Positions 39,686-55,076 of a stretch of 64,000 nt of DNA are shown here, piece by piece (position 1 is the first letter of the stretch; every line of letters begins with the position of its first letter). This DNA comes from Octopus vulgaris (lineage: Eukaryota), in NCBI GenBank assembly GCA_951406725.2, contig OX597832.1, positions 27,094,001-27,158,000 of the forward strand. The letters are read 5' to 3'. The notes under the pieces are model-generated. The model worked only from the letters and a program-made list of their open reading frames with translations. It searched no databases and had not been told where the DNA came from. Made by a program: the position numbers and the translations under genes.

Positions 39686-39835
39686 CAGTGCTTTTCAAAC
39701 TTTTTGCTGGAGCGGCACCCCAAGGAAACATTCCACTGGCTCGAGGAACCCCTGTGCAATAATTTAATAGTCTTATGCACAGGAGAATTAAAAATTACTG
39801 CCGATTTTAGCAGTTTTGTAACTTCCCTGGACTGT
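39686..39835 (+). mobile_element. hAT-like terminal fragment
   Basis: Starts cagtgcttttcaaactttt followed by gcggcacccc/gaggaacccc subterminal motifs. No partner TIR found. Confidence 0.45.
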
Positions 39836-39950
39836 ACTGCGTTAGACATACAGTTAATTCATAAATACATACACACACGCAAACACATTGAAACGTGTAT
39901 GTATACAAACAATACATACAGGTAGTTGTATGGCTTGATTATTGACAGTC

Positions 39951-40182
39951 GGCGGTGAGCTGGCAGAGACGTTAGCATGCCGGGTGAAATGCGTAACCGT
40001 ATTTCGCCTGCCGTTACGTTCTGAGTTCAAATTCCGCCGAGGTCGACTTTGCCTTTCATCCTTTCGGGGTCGATTAAATAAAGTACCAGTTTCGCACTGG
40101 GGTTGATGTAATCGACTTAATCCGTTTGTCTGTCCTTGTTTGTCCCCTCTATGTTAGCCCCTTGTGGGTAGTAAAGAAATAT
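39951..40182 (+). mobile_element. SINE family B monomer
   Basis: ggcggtgagctggcagagacgttagc...gtaaagaaata. Confidence 0.88.
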
Positions 40183-40559
40183 ATGGCTTGATTATTGATA
40201 TCGTCATCATCGTCATCATCATCGTCATTATCATCATCATCGTCATTAACGACAACCCACACATAATACGTGTGGCTACCCGCCAGAAGGACCTCTTCTA
40301 TCTTCAAACGACAAACTTTGTGAGTGGTGGTCAGCTATGTCTCTCACTCTCCCTTTTTTCCTTCTCGTTTCTTTCCTTCCTTCCTTCCTTCCTTCTTTCT
40401 TTTGCTCTCCTTCTTTCTTTCTTTCTTTCTCAAACACACATATACCGGAATCGGCCCCGAAGGACGAAAAGTAATATCGACATAGGTAGGATTTGAACTC
40501 AGACCGCAGCGCCGGAACAGATACCACATTGCATTCGATTTGTTGTTACTCTATGCCGC

Positions 40560-40695
40560 CCTACGCTCTCTTCAACCACACCAAGGGGTACCTAACATAT
40601 CCATCCTACCCCAGCAACGCCATCTACGCTGGTTCGGTCACGTATATCGTATGCCGGGTGGGAGGATTCCAAGGGACCTTTTATGGACTGAAACA
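40560..40695 (+). mobile_element. RTE LINE fragment
   Basis: QQRHLRWFGHVYRMPGGRIPRDLL matches the RTE LRW.GHV.RM...R.PK..L motif. Confidence 0.75.
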
Positions 40696-40887
40696 ATCAT
40701 TTTGTAAAGAAAATCAAGATTCACTTTAAATTCCTTCCATATTGACTAACTTTGCATGCAGTCCCTGTCTCCTGACAAAGTGGGGAATATTGTATAAATG
40801 GGATCCCTGGGCGTCTCACCTATAACCACACCGCTGGGGAAAGTTTATATTGTTGCAGTTTTATAGTAAGTAAAGACTACATATACC

Positions 40888-41109
40888 CTTTTACCGGTTT
40901 CAGTCATTTGACTGCGGCCATGCTGGAGCACCGCCTTTAGTCGAGCAAATAGACCCCCAGGACTTATTCTTTGTAAGCCTAGTACTTATTCTTTCGGTCT
41001 CTTTTTGCCAAACCGCTGAGTTACAGGGACATAAACACACCACCATCGGTTGTCAAGCGATGTTGGGAGGACAAACACAGACACACAAACACTTACAAAC
41101 ACACACACA

Positions 41110-41164
<55 letters not shown>

Positions 41165-41341
41165 GTATGTATATATACGACGGGCTTCTTTCAGTTTCCG
41201 TCTACCAAATCCACTCACAAGGCTTTGGTCGGCCTGAGGCTATAGCAGAAGACGCTTGCCCAAGGTTCCATGCAGTGGGACTGAACCCGGAACCATATGG
41301 TTGGTAAGCAAGCTACTTACCACACAGCCACTCCTGCACCT
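40888..41341 (-). mobile_element. SINE family A, full length
   Basis: Tail to head cacagccactcctg. Confidence 0.9.
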
Positions 41342-42420
41342 ATATGTGGTATTAAAAAAAAAATTCACTGCAATCTATTCGGCATGAACATTATTATGTT
41401 ATATTGAACTTAATCGTAATAGAAAACTTAATATACAACATCAAAGTCGAGCAATTCACAATGGATCGTCTGTTTAGACTTTGAGTGACTTAATGCCGAC
41501 CCCAGCTTCACATTGGTTGCGTTACATTGGAAATATTGTTTTAAGAGTATTTGGAAAATTCCCCTACAGTTCTGTCTACCACAAAACATTTTGTACAAGT
41601 TGTTTTGTCTCATAAACTTTGTGTTACCGAACGTATACGAAACTATCGATGAATTTGCTACTTATGGAAATGTTATAAGTGTGTCTTGCTAACATATTAC
41701 GTAAAAACTCATCAATGAAGTCTCTGCATGTCTTTTAAAACTCGATGGTAGAATACTGGAGAGATTTTAGAAGAGAATCCGCTAGCCATAAGATTTTCCC
41801 GTAAGAAATGTAATTTTATCTTTAGTCTGTGATTGCAGCTCAAGAAAATTAGAATCCATTTGAGACGATTTTGTCGGTGGATTCTATTAAACACAACCGT
41901 TTATCCGTTTGGGTTTAATGAAAAACAAAACCCTTAAAAAAATTTGTGTTTTATTTGCTCAGACAAGAACTCTTTTTTCAGTTCAAAGAAATTCAGAAAT
42001 ATGAAGTCAAACTATTTAATTAAATCCAGCTACATCCGATCAAACCATACCTCGTGGAAACAGCTGGCAAAGACCATTAATAATTGCAGAAATGGTAATG
42101 TTTACACAAGGAAAGACTAAATAAAACCTGGAACTCATTGGCGATATTAAGAAAATATCGATTCTTGATGATACTAGGAAGGGACACTTTGAAGTCGATG
42201 TTTTGCCGTTCAAAAGCCTGGGTGACTTTTATGAGATGTGTTTTGTCTGATTGGTAAAATTTTAGTTTGTATTCTACGCATAATTTATATGAACCAAATA
42301 CTTGGAGACATCCTCTGCGGAGTATAAATTAAGAATTTTATCCGTAGCGTTATTCAATAAATCTTCATAAATTTGTGGGATTGAACTTGGAACCATGCAT
42401 ATAGTTGCATATCGAGACAT

Positions 42421-42645
42421 ACTCTTTACTCTCTCTCTCACTTGTTTCCGTCATTTGACTGTGGCCATGCTGGAGCACCACCTCTAGTCGAGCAAATCGA
42501 CCCCAGGGCTTATTCTTTGCAAGCCTAGTACTTATTCCATCGGTCTCTTTTGCCGAACTGCTAAGTTACGGGGACGCAAACACACCAGCATCGGTTGTGA
42601 AGCGATGTTGGGGGGACAAACACACACACACACACACACACACAA

Positions 42646-42730
<85 letters not shown>

Positions 42731-42872
42731 TACGACGGGCTTCTTTCAGTTTCCGTCTAACAAATCCACTCACAAGGCTTTGGTCGGCCCGAGGCTATAG
42801 CAGAAGACACTTGCCCACGGTGCCACGCAGTGGGACTGAACCCGGAACCATGTGGTTGGTAAGCAAGCTACT
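42421..42872 (-). mobile_element. SINE family A, near full length
   Basis: Tail to ggtaagcaagctac. Confidence 0.9.
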
Positions 42873-43599
42873 GCTCATATATTTTAAATGATAAACTTCT
42901 GGAAAGTTTTATAGATTTTTACACTTACGGATGTGCATCCATAAACGGAACAAATTACAAAAATTGTGTGTGTGTATGTGTGCGTTTGTGTGTGTGCGTA
43001 TGTACGTGTGTGTGAGTATGTGTGTGTTTGTGAGCATGTGTGAGAGCGTGTGTGTGTATGTGTGTGTATGAGTGTGTGCGTGTGTGTGTGTGTAGTGATG
43101 GTGAGTTACATAGAAATGAAACAAAATTTAAAAAAAACAACAGAAGTTTACACATGAATGAGGAAACCCCTGGAGTGGGGTGAGCGCTTCCTCGGGCCAA
43201 CCCTTCCCTGCCCTATCGGTGCAGATTGAAAGTAGTTCCATTCATTCGGCCCACATTCACCACTGTCACTTTGTAGCAATTTTGCTGAAGGACGTCTCCA
43301 ATCTAACCTTCATCTTATCGATATTTTAAAGCATAACTTGGAGAAGTTAATGAGGACTTGTCCAAAGAGAGAGAGAGAGATGTTGGTATGCTTCTAGTTC
43401 TTTTAGTCATATCAACCATAGAACCTGTATGATGGTTGCGAATAAGGAACTTCTTAGAGAAAGAAAGTCTATGGAACTCATATGAACTTCAAATTGCGAT
43501 ACAAAATAATATGGGACTTCAGAATAACAGATAAGAATGGCCGTCACTTCCAAGCGAGCATGGCTTGGTAGCTTGTATCATGCTTTCGCTTATTGTTTT

Positions 43600-43851
43600 A
43601 GCATTAAGATCCTTCCCGAGTCATTTAAACTCCTAGGACCAGTTTCCTGGTTTCTGTGGGGCATATAGTCTTCCTCCGGACGGGACGCTGATCCGTTGCA
43701 GGAATTGCTGATTTTGCCAGCTGAGTGGACTGGGGCTGAGTGAAATGAAGTGTTTTGCAGAAGAACACAACTCATCATCCAATCCAGGATTCGAAACCAC
43801 AGTCTTACGATCGTGAGTCCAATACTTTAACCACTGAGCTATGCGCTTCCA
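43600..43851 (-). mobile_element. tRNA-derived SINE (family E-type head, different 3' part)
   Basis: tggaagcgcatagctcagtggttaaag...ggtttcgaatcc...gttgtgttcttctgcaaaacacttcattt. Confidence 0.75.
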
Positions 43852-44119
43852 CGCTCTGTCAAGATCAGACCGTCGCACCCCTTGGCCCTCCCACACTTGA
43901 ACCAGCGGAACAGCGAGCAGGTAACAGCTGGAGAGAGAGAAAGGGCTGCACCAGTACGAAGCCTGAATTACTTTCAGTTGATTAGACCGGGGCAACGGGA
44001 AATGCCCGGTCCAGGAATCGAACTCACGGTCTTATCAACGTGGGCTCAACACTCTTAACCCAGAAAGCACGCGCCTAATATGCTAACTAACTCATAACAC
44101 AATTTTGATTTTATTCTCC

Positions 44120-44294
44120 AGGTATGGCTGAGTGGTTAAGACGTTCGCTTTGTCACCGTGTGGATTTGGGTTCGGTGCCACTGCGCGGCGCCTTGGATTA
44201 GTGTCTTCTACAATAGCCCAGGGCCAACCAATGCCCTGCGATTCAATCTGATGGAACCGGAGAAAACCCGTAGCGTATGTATGTAGTTTACACA

Positions 44295-44339
<45 letters not shown>

Positions 44340-44586
44340 CTTTAAGTATGTATGTATGTGTGTATGTACGTATGTATGTATGTATGTATGTATATATATA
44401 TGTATGTACGTATGTGTGTATGTATGTATGTATGTATGTATGTATTTATGTATGTATGTATGTATGTATGTATGTATGTATGTATGTATGTGTGTATGTA
44501 TGTATTTATGTATGTATGTATGTATGTATGTATGTATGTATGTTTGTATGTATGTATGTATGTGTGTATGTATGTATGTATGTGTG

Positions 44587-44620
<34 letters not shown>

Positions 44621-45110
44621 TGTATGTATGTATGTATGTATGTATGTATGTATGTATGTATGTATGTATGTATGTATGTATGTACGTACGTATGTATGTA
44701 TGTATGTATTTATGTATGTATGTATGTGTGTATGTACGTATGTATGTATGTATGTATGTATGTATATATATATGTATGTACGTATGTGTGTATGTATGTA
44801 TGTATGTATGTATGTATGTATGTATGTATGTATGTATGTATTTATGTATGTACGTATGTGTGTATGTATGTATGTATGTATGTATGTATGTATGTATGTA
44901 TGTATGTATTTATGTATGTATGTATGTATGTATGTATGTATGTATGTATGTATGTATGTTTGTCCCCCCCACCGATTGAAAACCGATGTTAGTTTATTCA
45001 TGTTCCTGTAACTTAGAAGTTCGGCTAAAGAGAGCGATAGAATAAGTACTGGGGTCGACTTGCTCAAGTCGGTGCCCCAGCATGGCCGCAGTCCAGTGAC
45101 GGAAACAAAG
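44120..45110 (+). mobile_element. SINE family A stretched by an internal (TATG)n expansion of about 680 bp
   Basis: Head 44120-44275, microsatellite 44276-44958, tail tttgtcccccc...ccagcatggccgcagtc 44959-45110. Confidence 0.8.
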
Positions 45111-45222
45111 AAAAGGTGAATATACAAGTTAGCACAACCAAACGACTTGTGTTGCGTTGAGAGCAGAAAAATCTTAAGAATTACACCGCCCAAGCTGGAG
45201 CATGACAAGTATTATGGCACTA

Positions 45223-46024
45223 AGGCGGCGGGCTGGCAGAAACGTTAGCACGCCGGGCGAAACGCTTTGCGGTATTTCGTCTGCCGTTACGTTCAGAGTT
45301 CAAATTCCGCCGAGGTCGACTTTCCCTTTCATCCTTTCGGGGGTCGATAAATTAAGTACCAGTTGCGCACTGGGGTCGATATAATCGACTTAATCCCTTT
45401 GTCTGTCCTTGTTTGTCTCCTCTGTGCTTAGCCCCTTGTGGGTAGTAAAGAAATAGGTATTTCGTCTGCCGTTACGTTCTGAGTTCAAATTCCGCGGAGG
45501 TCGACTTTACCTTTCATCCTTTCGGGGTCGATAAATTAAGTACCAGTTACGCACTGGAGTCGATGTATTTGACTTAATCCGTTTGTCTGTCCTTGTTTGT
45601 CCCCTCTATGTTTAGCCCCTTGTGGGCAATAAAGAAATAAGAAACGTTAGCACGCCGGGCGAAATGCCTAGCGGTATTTCGTCTGCCGTTACGTTCTGAG
45701 TTCAAATTCCGCTGAGGTCGACCTAGCCTTTAATCCTTTCGAGGGTCGATAAATTAAGTACCAGTTACGCACTGGGGCCGATGTAATCGACTTAATCCCT
45801 TTGTCTGTCCTTGTTTGTCTTCTCTGTGTTTAGCCCCTTGCGGGTAGTAAAGAAATAAGTATTTCGTCTGCCGTTACGTTCTGAGTTCAAATTCCGCTGA
45901 AGTCGACCTTGCCTTTCATTCCTTTCGGGGTCGATAAAGTAAGTACCAGTTACGCACAGGGGTCGATCTAATTGACTGGCCCCTTCGCCCCAAATTTCGG
46001 GCCTTGTGCCTAGAATAGAAAAGT
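45223..46024 (+). mobile_element. SINE family B tandem array (4 units, two junction types)
   Basis: Junctions aaagaaata|ggtatttcg and aaagaaata|agaaacgttagc. Confidence 0.9.
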
Positions 46025-46188
46025 ATTATGGCACTTGAGGAATGTGTATAACCTGAAATATATAATTGGTATAAGTGGAATGGTACACAAACTCGTTTCT
46101 CTGAAAGACATTGACAAATTACCTCTCAGGGTTCGACACTCTAAATAAACAGCAACGAAACTTAGCTAGTCTGTAAACATTGCTCACA

Positions 46189-46226
<38 letters not shown>

Positions 46227-46422
46227 CATAACGTTCATTAACTCCAAGTACTGAAGTACTGAAGTACTTTTGTTCGCATTCAATGTTTTAATGCATCTTT
46301 TCCAAGACTTACCGAATTTTTCTTTCAAGAATGGTGACTTTTGCATAAATTTTTCAAATAAAGAATAATAAAAAAATACAAAACATCGTGAGTCGATTTG
46401 GTAGACGAAAATTGAAAGAAAC

Positions 46423-46501
<79 letters not shown>

Positions 46502-46512
46502 GTACATACATA

Positions 46513-47385
46513 CAGGGTGTGATGGGTAAATTGTCGCTATTTTATATTTTTAATTTCTGCATGTGCATCGTTTGTTTTTGATTTTGTCGACTACACAGTA
46601 TAGTAGGGGCAGTTGGGTACTGTCTGTGAGAAAAAACAGCATCATGGCACATTTCACTCTGCCAGAAATTTGGAAATGACATGCTGTACTGCTTGGCATT
46701 CGCGCCGGAAGCTCCAATACGAACATTTCAGAGTGTTTGGGTGCCGATCTGAGGACATGTACTGAGAGTAATAAAAACAAACATCCAGTCAGCATCATGG
46801 TGTGAGGAGTGATCATGAGTGATAGCGAAGTTATGCCTTCATTCAACTTCCCACACGGCCTCACACTCAACACGGAGGCCTACATTAAGTGCCTGGAAGA
46901 GGTAGTACTGCCCTAGGTCAAGACGGTGGCTGCTGCAAGACCCTATGTCTGGCAATAGGACTCTGCACCATGCCACACAAGCAGGAGAACCTAGTCATGG
47001 CTGTCAGACAATTTCTGGGACCACATCACCCCTAACATCTGGTCACCTAATTCCCCACACTGCAAACTCCTTGATTATTATGTGTGGGGAACAGCTGAGT
47101 GAGAGACCAACAAAACTCCTTGTAACACCAAAGATGAACTAAAGGCAAGGATTATGGCAGCATTCACCAACTTAAACAAGGAGACCGTCCAGAAGAGTTG
47201 CAGGAGATTCCGAAGTCGGCTGGAGGCCTTGGTTGAAGCCAATGGCGATTTCATTGAATAAATTTACTCTTTAGTATTTCAAGATATTTTTATGTAATTT
47301 TAGTAAATAACATCTGTTAAAATAAGATGTCAGTGTTATTTTCATTTTTGCGTAATCCTGACGACAATATATTCACGGCACGCTG
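46513..47385 (+). mobile_element. Internally deleted Tc1/mariner transposon, DD37D (maT) type
   Basis: TA-cagggtg...attgtcg / cgacaat...cacgctg-TA. Pseudo-ORF VWQ*DSAPCHTSRRT*SWLSDNFWDHITPNIWSPNSPHCKLLDYYVW has 37 residues between catalytic D2 and D3, and ends RFRSRLEALVEANGDFIE*. Confidence 0.88.
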
Positions 47386-47393
47386 TATATATA

Positions 47394-47450
<57 letters not shown>

Positions 47451-47786
47451 GTGCGTGCATGTGTGTTTATCATTCATCACAACTTGACAACCAGTTTCGA
47501 TGTGTTTATGTCCAGTAACTTAGAAGCAAAAGAGACCCGATAAACTATGTACCAGGCTTAAGAAAAAAAGTAACGGGTCGATTCGTTTGACTAAAAATTC
47601 TTTAAAGGCGGTGCCCCAGCATGGCGGCAGTCTAATGACTGAAATAAGGAAAAGATAACCGGAAGAAATGTCGCTAAGCATTTTATCCGAAACGCAACAG
47701 ATTCCGCAAACTCGGCATCTTACTACCACTACTGCTGCTGCTGCTGCGACTACTACTACTACTACTACTACTACTACCACTACTAA

Positions 47787-47820
<34 letters not shown>

Positions 47821-47879
47821 ACTTTTATAAGCAGATGAAAGGCGAAGTGAGATTATAGGAAAGTGTCCATTATAGATAG

Positions 47880-47927
<48 letters not shown>

Positions 47928-48076
47928 AGAAATGAGATCTTGGCGAAAAAATGCCGCTAAATGAGAAGTAAACAGGTACCATGTGTTAAATTAAAGAATA
48001 TATTTGTATTTGAAGCTATCTGACCTTATCTCACACCTAACAACTACCAGCGCCCTCACACACACACACACACACA

Positions 48077-48118
<42 letters not shown>

Positions 48119-48284
48119 TATACACGCACGCACACATACACACATGCACACTTACGCAGCCTCGTACTGATAAGGCGGAATGGAAACCCCAGGTAAGAAA
48201 AATAATGTGGGTGAAGACATATGTAGATTGTTTTTCTAAGGAGTTTTGCGTTTCTCTGTAATTTGGTCTGTTTTTCGTGCGTTG

Positions 48285-48979
<695 letters not shown>

Positions 48980-49247
48980 TTTGTATGGATGCTTGTTTTG
49001 TGTATTGAATTAACAGCTCCGATTTAAACATTCCTCAACAATAAACGTTTGTAAACAACGAATTAAGACTTTAAACTCTAACTTTACAAAGGTGTAAGGT
49101 TTGAATTTGTTTAGATTAGAAACCTCAGCCGTTAATTCGGAGCCTATTTATATGCAGGTGCGAGTTGAAACTGGTCGTGGGTGTATATATGAGAGGGTGT
49201 ATGAGTTTGGTCGGACCAACAGGATAAATAGAATTCAAAACATTAAC

Positions 49248-49344
<97 letters not shown>

Positions 49345-49345
49345 T

Positions 49346-49683
49346 AGGCGTAGGCGTGGTTATGTGGTAAGTAGCTTGCTTACGAACCACATGGCACCGG
49401 GTTCAGTCCCACTGCGTGGCACCTTGGGCAAGTGTCTACTACTATAGCCTCGAGCCGACCAAAGCCTTGTGAGTGGATTTGGTTGACGGAAACTGAAAGA
49501 AGCCCGTCGTATATATGTATATATATATGTGTGTGTGTGTGTATGTCTGTGTGTCTGTGTTTGTCCCCCCCCCAACATCGTTTCACAACCGATAGAATAA
49601 GTCCTGGGGTCCATTTGGTCGACTAAAAGGCAGTGCTCCAGTATGGCGACAGTCAAATGACTAAAACAAGTAAAAGATAAAAG
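49346..49683 (+). mobile_element. SINE family A with internal deletion
   Basis: Jump acaaccgat|agaataagtcctgggg between internal microhomologies. Confidence 0.85.
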
Positions 49684-50178
49684 AAAAAAAAAATATATAT
49701 ATAAATCACAGTATGTGTGTGCATATTGACTAACGCATACATTTCCACAGTTCTCAACCGATTTTCACCAAACTTTACACACACATTATAACAGTTTGCC
49801 CAGAACTCCCGCGTAAAATTACAAACCGGGTTTTCTCTAATTCGTTGTTTCGGCTCATTTGTATCAGGTGTTAATTACTGAGTGAAGACGTGCAGGTACA
49901 CAGCTATTGTTGGGTCATATTAATGCAATGATGTGTATAATGTATGAAACACTCAGCAATTACCAGCTGATACTAATGCATAGAAACAATTTGCATTAAA
50001 ATACTTCTGTATATATTTATGTACACACACACACACACACATGCACGCATACACACATACACACACAGATAGTAATGTAGACAAACAGGATTAGGCTTGG
50101 AATATATAAATATACATACATGTATACATACATACATATATATATGTATATAAATATATATATACATATACATATATA

Positions 50179-50229
<51 letters not shown>

Positions 50230-50613
50230 GAATATATATTATATTATTTATATATATATACATACACATGCATGCATATAAAACGAAATAATGGAAAACT
50301 GGACAAGTTAGCACAGAAAAAGGACCCTTCATCAGTTGTCAGCTGTCTATCTACTCCTCATTTCGAGCATTCAAACGACAATATGAGTCTTCAAAGACAG
50401 TTGGTCCCGTAAATTCTAAAATTAAATTTAGAATTTATAGAGGGTCAAAGTTGGTAACAAAAGAATAATAGTGGAGACATACAAGGAAACTTAAGTGACT
50501 TGAGGGTCGATAGTCTTGCACATGGCACGAAACTTTCGGTCTTGAGTCACTTTAACTTCTGTTCATTAAGGTATATACACTATACACACACATACGCGTA
50601 TATAGCCCCGTAA

Positions 50614-50705
<92 letters not shown>

Positions 50706-51288
50706 GAATTTACAAAAAACAACAAAAAACAAACAAACAAACGGAACAAAAGACGAAGACGGGTGTGTAAACAACAAACAGATGTATTAGTTTAACGCTC
50801 GGGAAGTGAGAAAGACCTTTACGTTTCGAGCCTACGCTCTTCAACAGAAAGGAATATAGAAATAAACAGAGAGAGAAAATATGCAATAAGATATTATAAT
50901 AATATATTAAGATATATTAAATACATTATAATATAGGTGGCTATAGCAATTAAAACTAAAAAGGTAAAATTAATAAACGAGGGTGCAAAATAGAACTTAG
51001 AATTGCTAGAAATGAGAGCTGAAATTTAACAGCCACGCTAAAGCATTAACCTCATTAAATATTCGGGTCTGCGAGCAACAAGCCACAACATCTTTCTTTG
51101 GCGAGTTTTTTTTTTAATGTATATAGTTATTTACTTCCATTTGTTTATTTATCTGTGTATTTTATTATGTTTTTAATTTTGTTTATATTGTTACCAGTTT
51201 ATGGGGATCTTCTTCTGTCATAAGCTGTGGTGTGTTGGGGGTGTGTGCTAGTAAGGAGAGACACACAAATAAGAAAGAAGAAAGCAAA

Positions 51289-51333
51289 GGACCACTGATG
51301 AGGTCACAGAAGTGTGACGAAAGAACTCTGGCC
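51289..51333 (+). ncRNA. Minimal hammerhead motif, canonical core
   Basis: gg-a-cca-CTGATGA-g-gtcac/agaagt/gtgac-GAAA-gaac-TC-tgg-cc. Confidence 0.6.
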
Positions 51334-51445
51334 GAAATAAGATTAAGATTAATGTAAAAAATAAATAACGCTGAAGCAAAGAAACACCAAATATATAGTG
51401 CGTGTGTTTTTATTGGCTAAACTAGCAACATGACCATTCCTAAAT

Positions 51446-51510
<65 letters not shown>

Positions 51511-52134
51511 ATAGTAAAACTTAGTTCGTTACTAAGCGCGTGTCAAATAACCTTTCAGTTATCTCTTTCATAACCTAAACATAATAATCTAAAAAGTGGG
51601 GCCATACTTCCTCTGAGTTGATTCATCCCTTATATGGAAAACTGGGCAACCCTCAATAAATTACGACATCTATTCCCCACATTTTCGTCCATTTTGTCAA
51701 TTCTTCATTACAATGCATCGTTACTGGCAGAAATGAAACTATGCCAGTCATTTGTCTTGTAACTCGGTGCACGGAGCCTTACTGACATCCAAGTCAGATC
51801 AATTATTATTCGACAAAAGGTTGTAGTTTCTTCGATTTGGCAATAAGTAACGAGATTTTTTTCGAAGGAACGCGAACCCCATCATGTTCTTGTACTGACT
51901 TGAAAGAAAACATTCTTAACAATATCGGTTGTAAAATCGATCTCCAAGTTCTTCAAAATACGATAAATCTTTGTCTTGTCTGTATTTTCCAAAGAGTTCT
52001 TCTATTCTTGAAGGTTTCACAATCAGTTACATAATATAATTGTTTGTATGGTAACGGAATAAAGCCATTTTTGAAATATATTCTCTACAGTAAGTGTCGA
52101 TATTTCTTCTTTGGTTCTACCATAGGTATAACTG

Positions 52135-52484
52135 TATACACACATACATACATACACACATACATACATACATACATACATACATACATACATACGTACA
52201 TTCATACATACATGCATGCATACATACATACATACATACATACACACACACATACATACATACATACATACATACATACACACATACACACACACATACA
52301 TACATACATACATACATACATACACACATACATACATACATACATACATACACACATACATACATACATACATACATATAGACATACACACATACACACA
52401 TACATACATACATACATACATACATACATACATACATACACACACACAAACATACATACATACATACATACACACATACATACA

Positions 52485-52516
<32 letters not shown>

Positions 52517-52813
52517 GACATACACACATACATTCATACATACATACATACATACATACATACATACATACATACATACATACATACATACATGCATGCA
52601 TACATACATACATTTACACATACATACATACATACACACACACATACATACATACATACATATATACATACATACACACATACACACATACATACATACA
52701 TACATACATACATACGTACACACATACATACGGACATACATACATACATACACACACATACATACACACATATACATACATACACACATACACACGCACA
52801 TACATACATACAT
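52135..52813. repeat. (CATA)n microsatellite
   Basis: Direct inspection. Confidence 0.95.
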
Positions 52814-52993
52814 AAAGTTTCCGTCTAGTTTCCTGTTTGCTCTGCTTTCATCTTTTTCTTCTTGTGTTCTGTCTGTTCAATCCTTGATATATGCGTTACA
52901 CATACATGCGTACGTATATTTGGGTCTATCTATCTATCTACCTACCTACCTACCTACCTACCTACCTACCTACCTACCTACCTACCTACCTAC

Positions 52994-53099
<106 letters not shown>

Positions 53100-53191
53100 G
53101 TCTATACACACATATAGAGAGATAGATAGATAGGTAGATAGATAGACAGACAGAGAGACAGATAGACAGAGAGACAGATAGACAGAGAGAC

Positions 53192-53222
<31 letters not shown>

Positions 53223-53240
53223 TAGATAAATAGATAGATG

Positions 53241-53309
<69 letters not shown>

Positions 53310-54026
53310 GTAGGTATGTAGGTAGATAGGTAGGTAGGTAGATATTTAAATAAATAGATATTTGGTGTTATGCTAACAAGCGGTGCATAGTACCAGAATT
53401 CTCGACTTGAGTTGAATCTAAGAAACCACTCAAAATCTCTGTTAGAGTATCTTCACGAATGGAATCAAGATTGGTTTGTACAAGCATCGAACCGTTTTAG
53501 TTACAAGAATGAAGTCAAACCAAACAGCGATAATTTCTTCGAAAGGAGTTCTCTAGCCTGCAATCTGCTCGAGTGTCTCGTTTATGGCAAATTTTCTCAT
53601 GGCTAAAATATTACAGCAAAATGTTCTGGACACGTAGTCACTCGGTGTATAACTACATGAAGTAGAAATAAATAAATAGCTTTTTCAACTAAAGTGTTCT
53701 AAAGCGGTTAGATACTTTGTAGAACCAGTTCTAGGGTTCAATCCCTGGCAGGGTCAACTTTACTTTCAATCAATCTGGGGTCCATAATTAAAGAACCAGT
53801 GTTATAATTATGTGTGTGTGTGTGTGTGTGTGTGAGAGTGTGTGTGTAAACGTGTGGATGTGTACGATACTCTTAACATTCCGCAAGATCATGTACGTAT
53901 GTGTATGATGTTGCATAATCGGTAGAGCATCGGGTTAGATGATTTGTGGTATTCGTTTCAGCTCCTTGAATTCTGAGTTCAAATCCTGCCGTTGTAGACT
54001 TAACCCGTTGTCCAGTTTAATACCTA

Positions 54027-54256
54027 TTTCTTTACTACCCACAAGGGGCTAAATACAGAGGAGAAAAACAAGGACAGACAAACGGATTAAGTCGATTACA
54101 TCGACCCCAGTGCGTAACTGGTACTTAATTTACCGACCTCGAAAGGATAAAAGGCAAAGTCGACCTTGACGGATTTGAACTCAGAACGTAACGGCAGACG
54201 AAATACGGCTACGCATTTCGTCCGAGGTGCTAACGCTTCGGCCAGATCGCCGCCTA
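54027..54256 (-). mobile_element. SINE family B monomer with 18-bp TSD
   Basis: tgtccagtttaataccta at 54009-54026 and 54257-54274. Confidence 0.9.
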
Positions 54257-55076
54257 TGTCCAGTTTAATACCTAGTTTGCATGCAGCAAAGTTCACTCTG
54301 TTGCAAGCAAACATGCGTGTCAGGTCCTTGGTTCGAGGGTACCCAGGTCCTTCCGTTCATTCGTCCATTTTTCGCACCCATTTCCGAAGATTCTGGAAAA
54401 AACTCATGAACGCTGTCCCCCGCCCCCCCGACTAAACAATCAAACTATTCCTTTTAAAACTCTATACCGTTCCACAACATTTATTGCAAAAAGGCGTAGC
54501 AGATTCTCATAGCAATAGCTCTGATATTTAGCTAAGAACATCCTCACTGCCGCACTGCCGCCACCACCACCACCACCCGTACCCAGGTGCCACTTCTGTA
54601 AAACAAGGACGGGTAACCACGTGCAATGCATTCCTCAGGTTTCATGTAACCACGTGTTTAACTCCTCCACACATCTGTTTAGGGGTGGCGTTTCGAGTAT
54701 TAAATATCAAGGGAATAAGGACACCCCTACCCCCGGCCACCACTACAACAGCCCTTTCACTTCACCACCACCACCACCACCACCACTACCTACTACATTC
54801 TCTATTAAAACTATCATCACCATCGTCTCCGTCGCTACATACCCTATCGCTGCTAGTCCCACCCCTATTTTTACCGCCCCCATCGCCACTAATTACGTTA
54901 GTGTTAATAGAACTAATGAAGTGAATACTTAATGGCTAATTAAAAATAATTATGGGGAGACAACATACACACTTCACAGCTAATATATCTTTCTGTAATA
55001 ATTTATGTTAATTTATGATAATTTATGTATCTCTAAATAGATGTGCAATATAGATACAAAAATACATGCATACATA

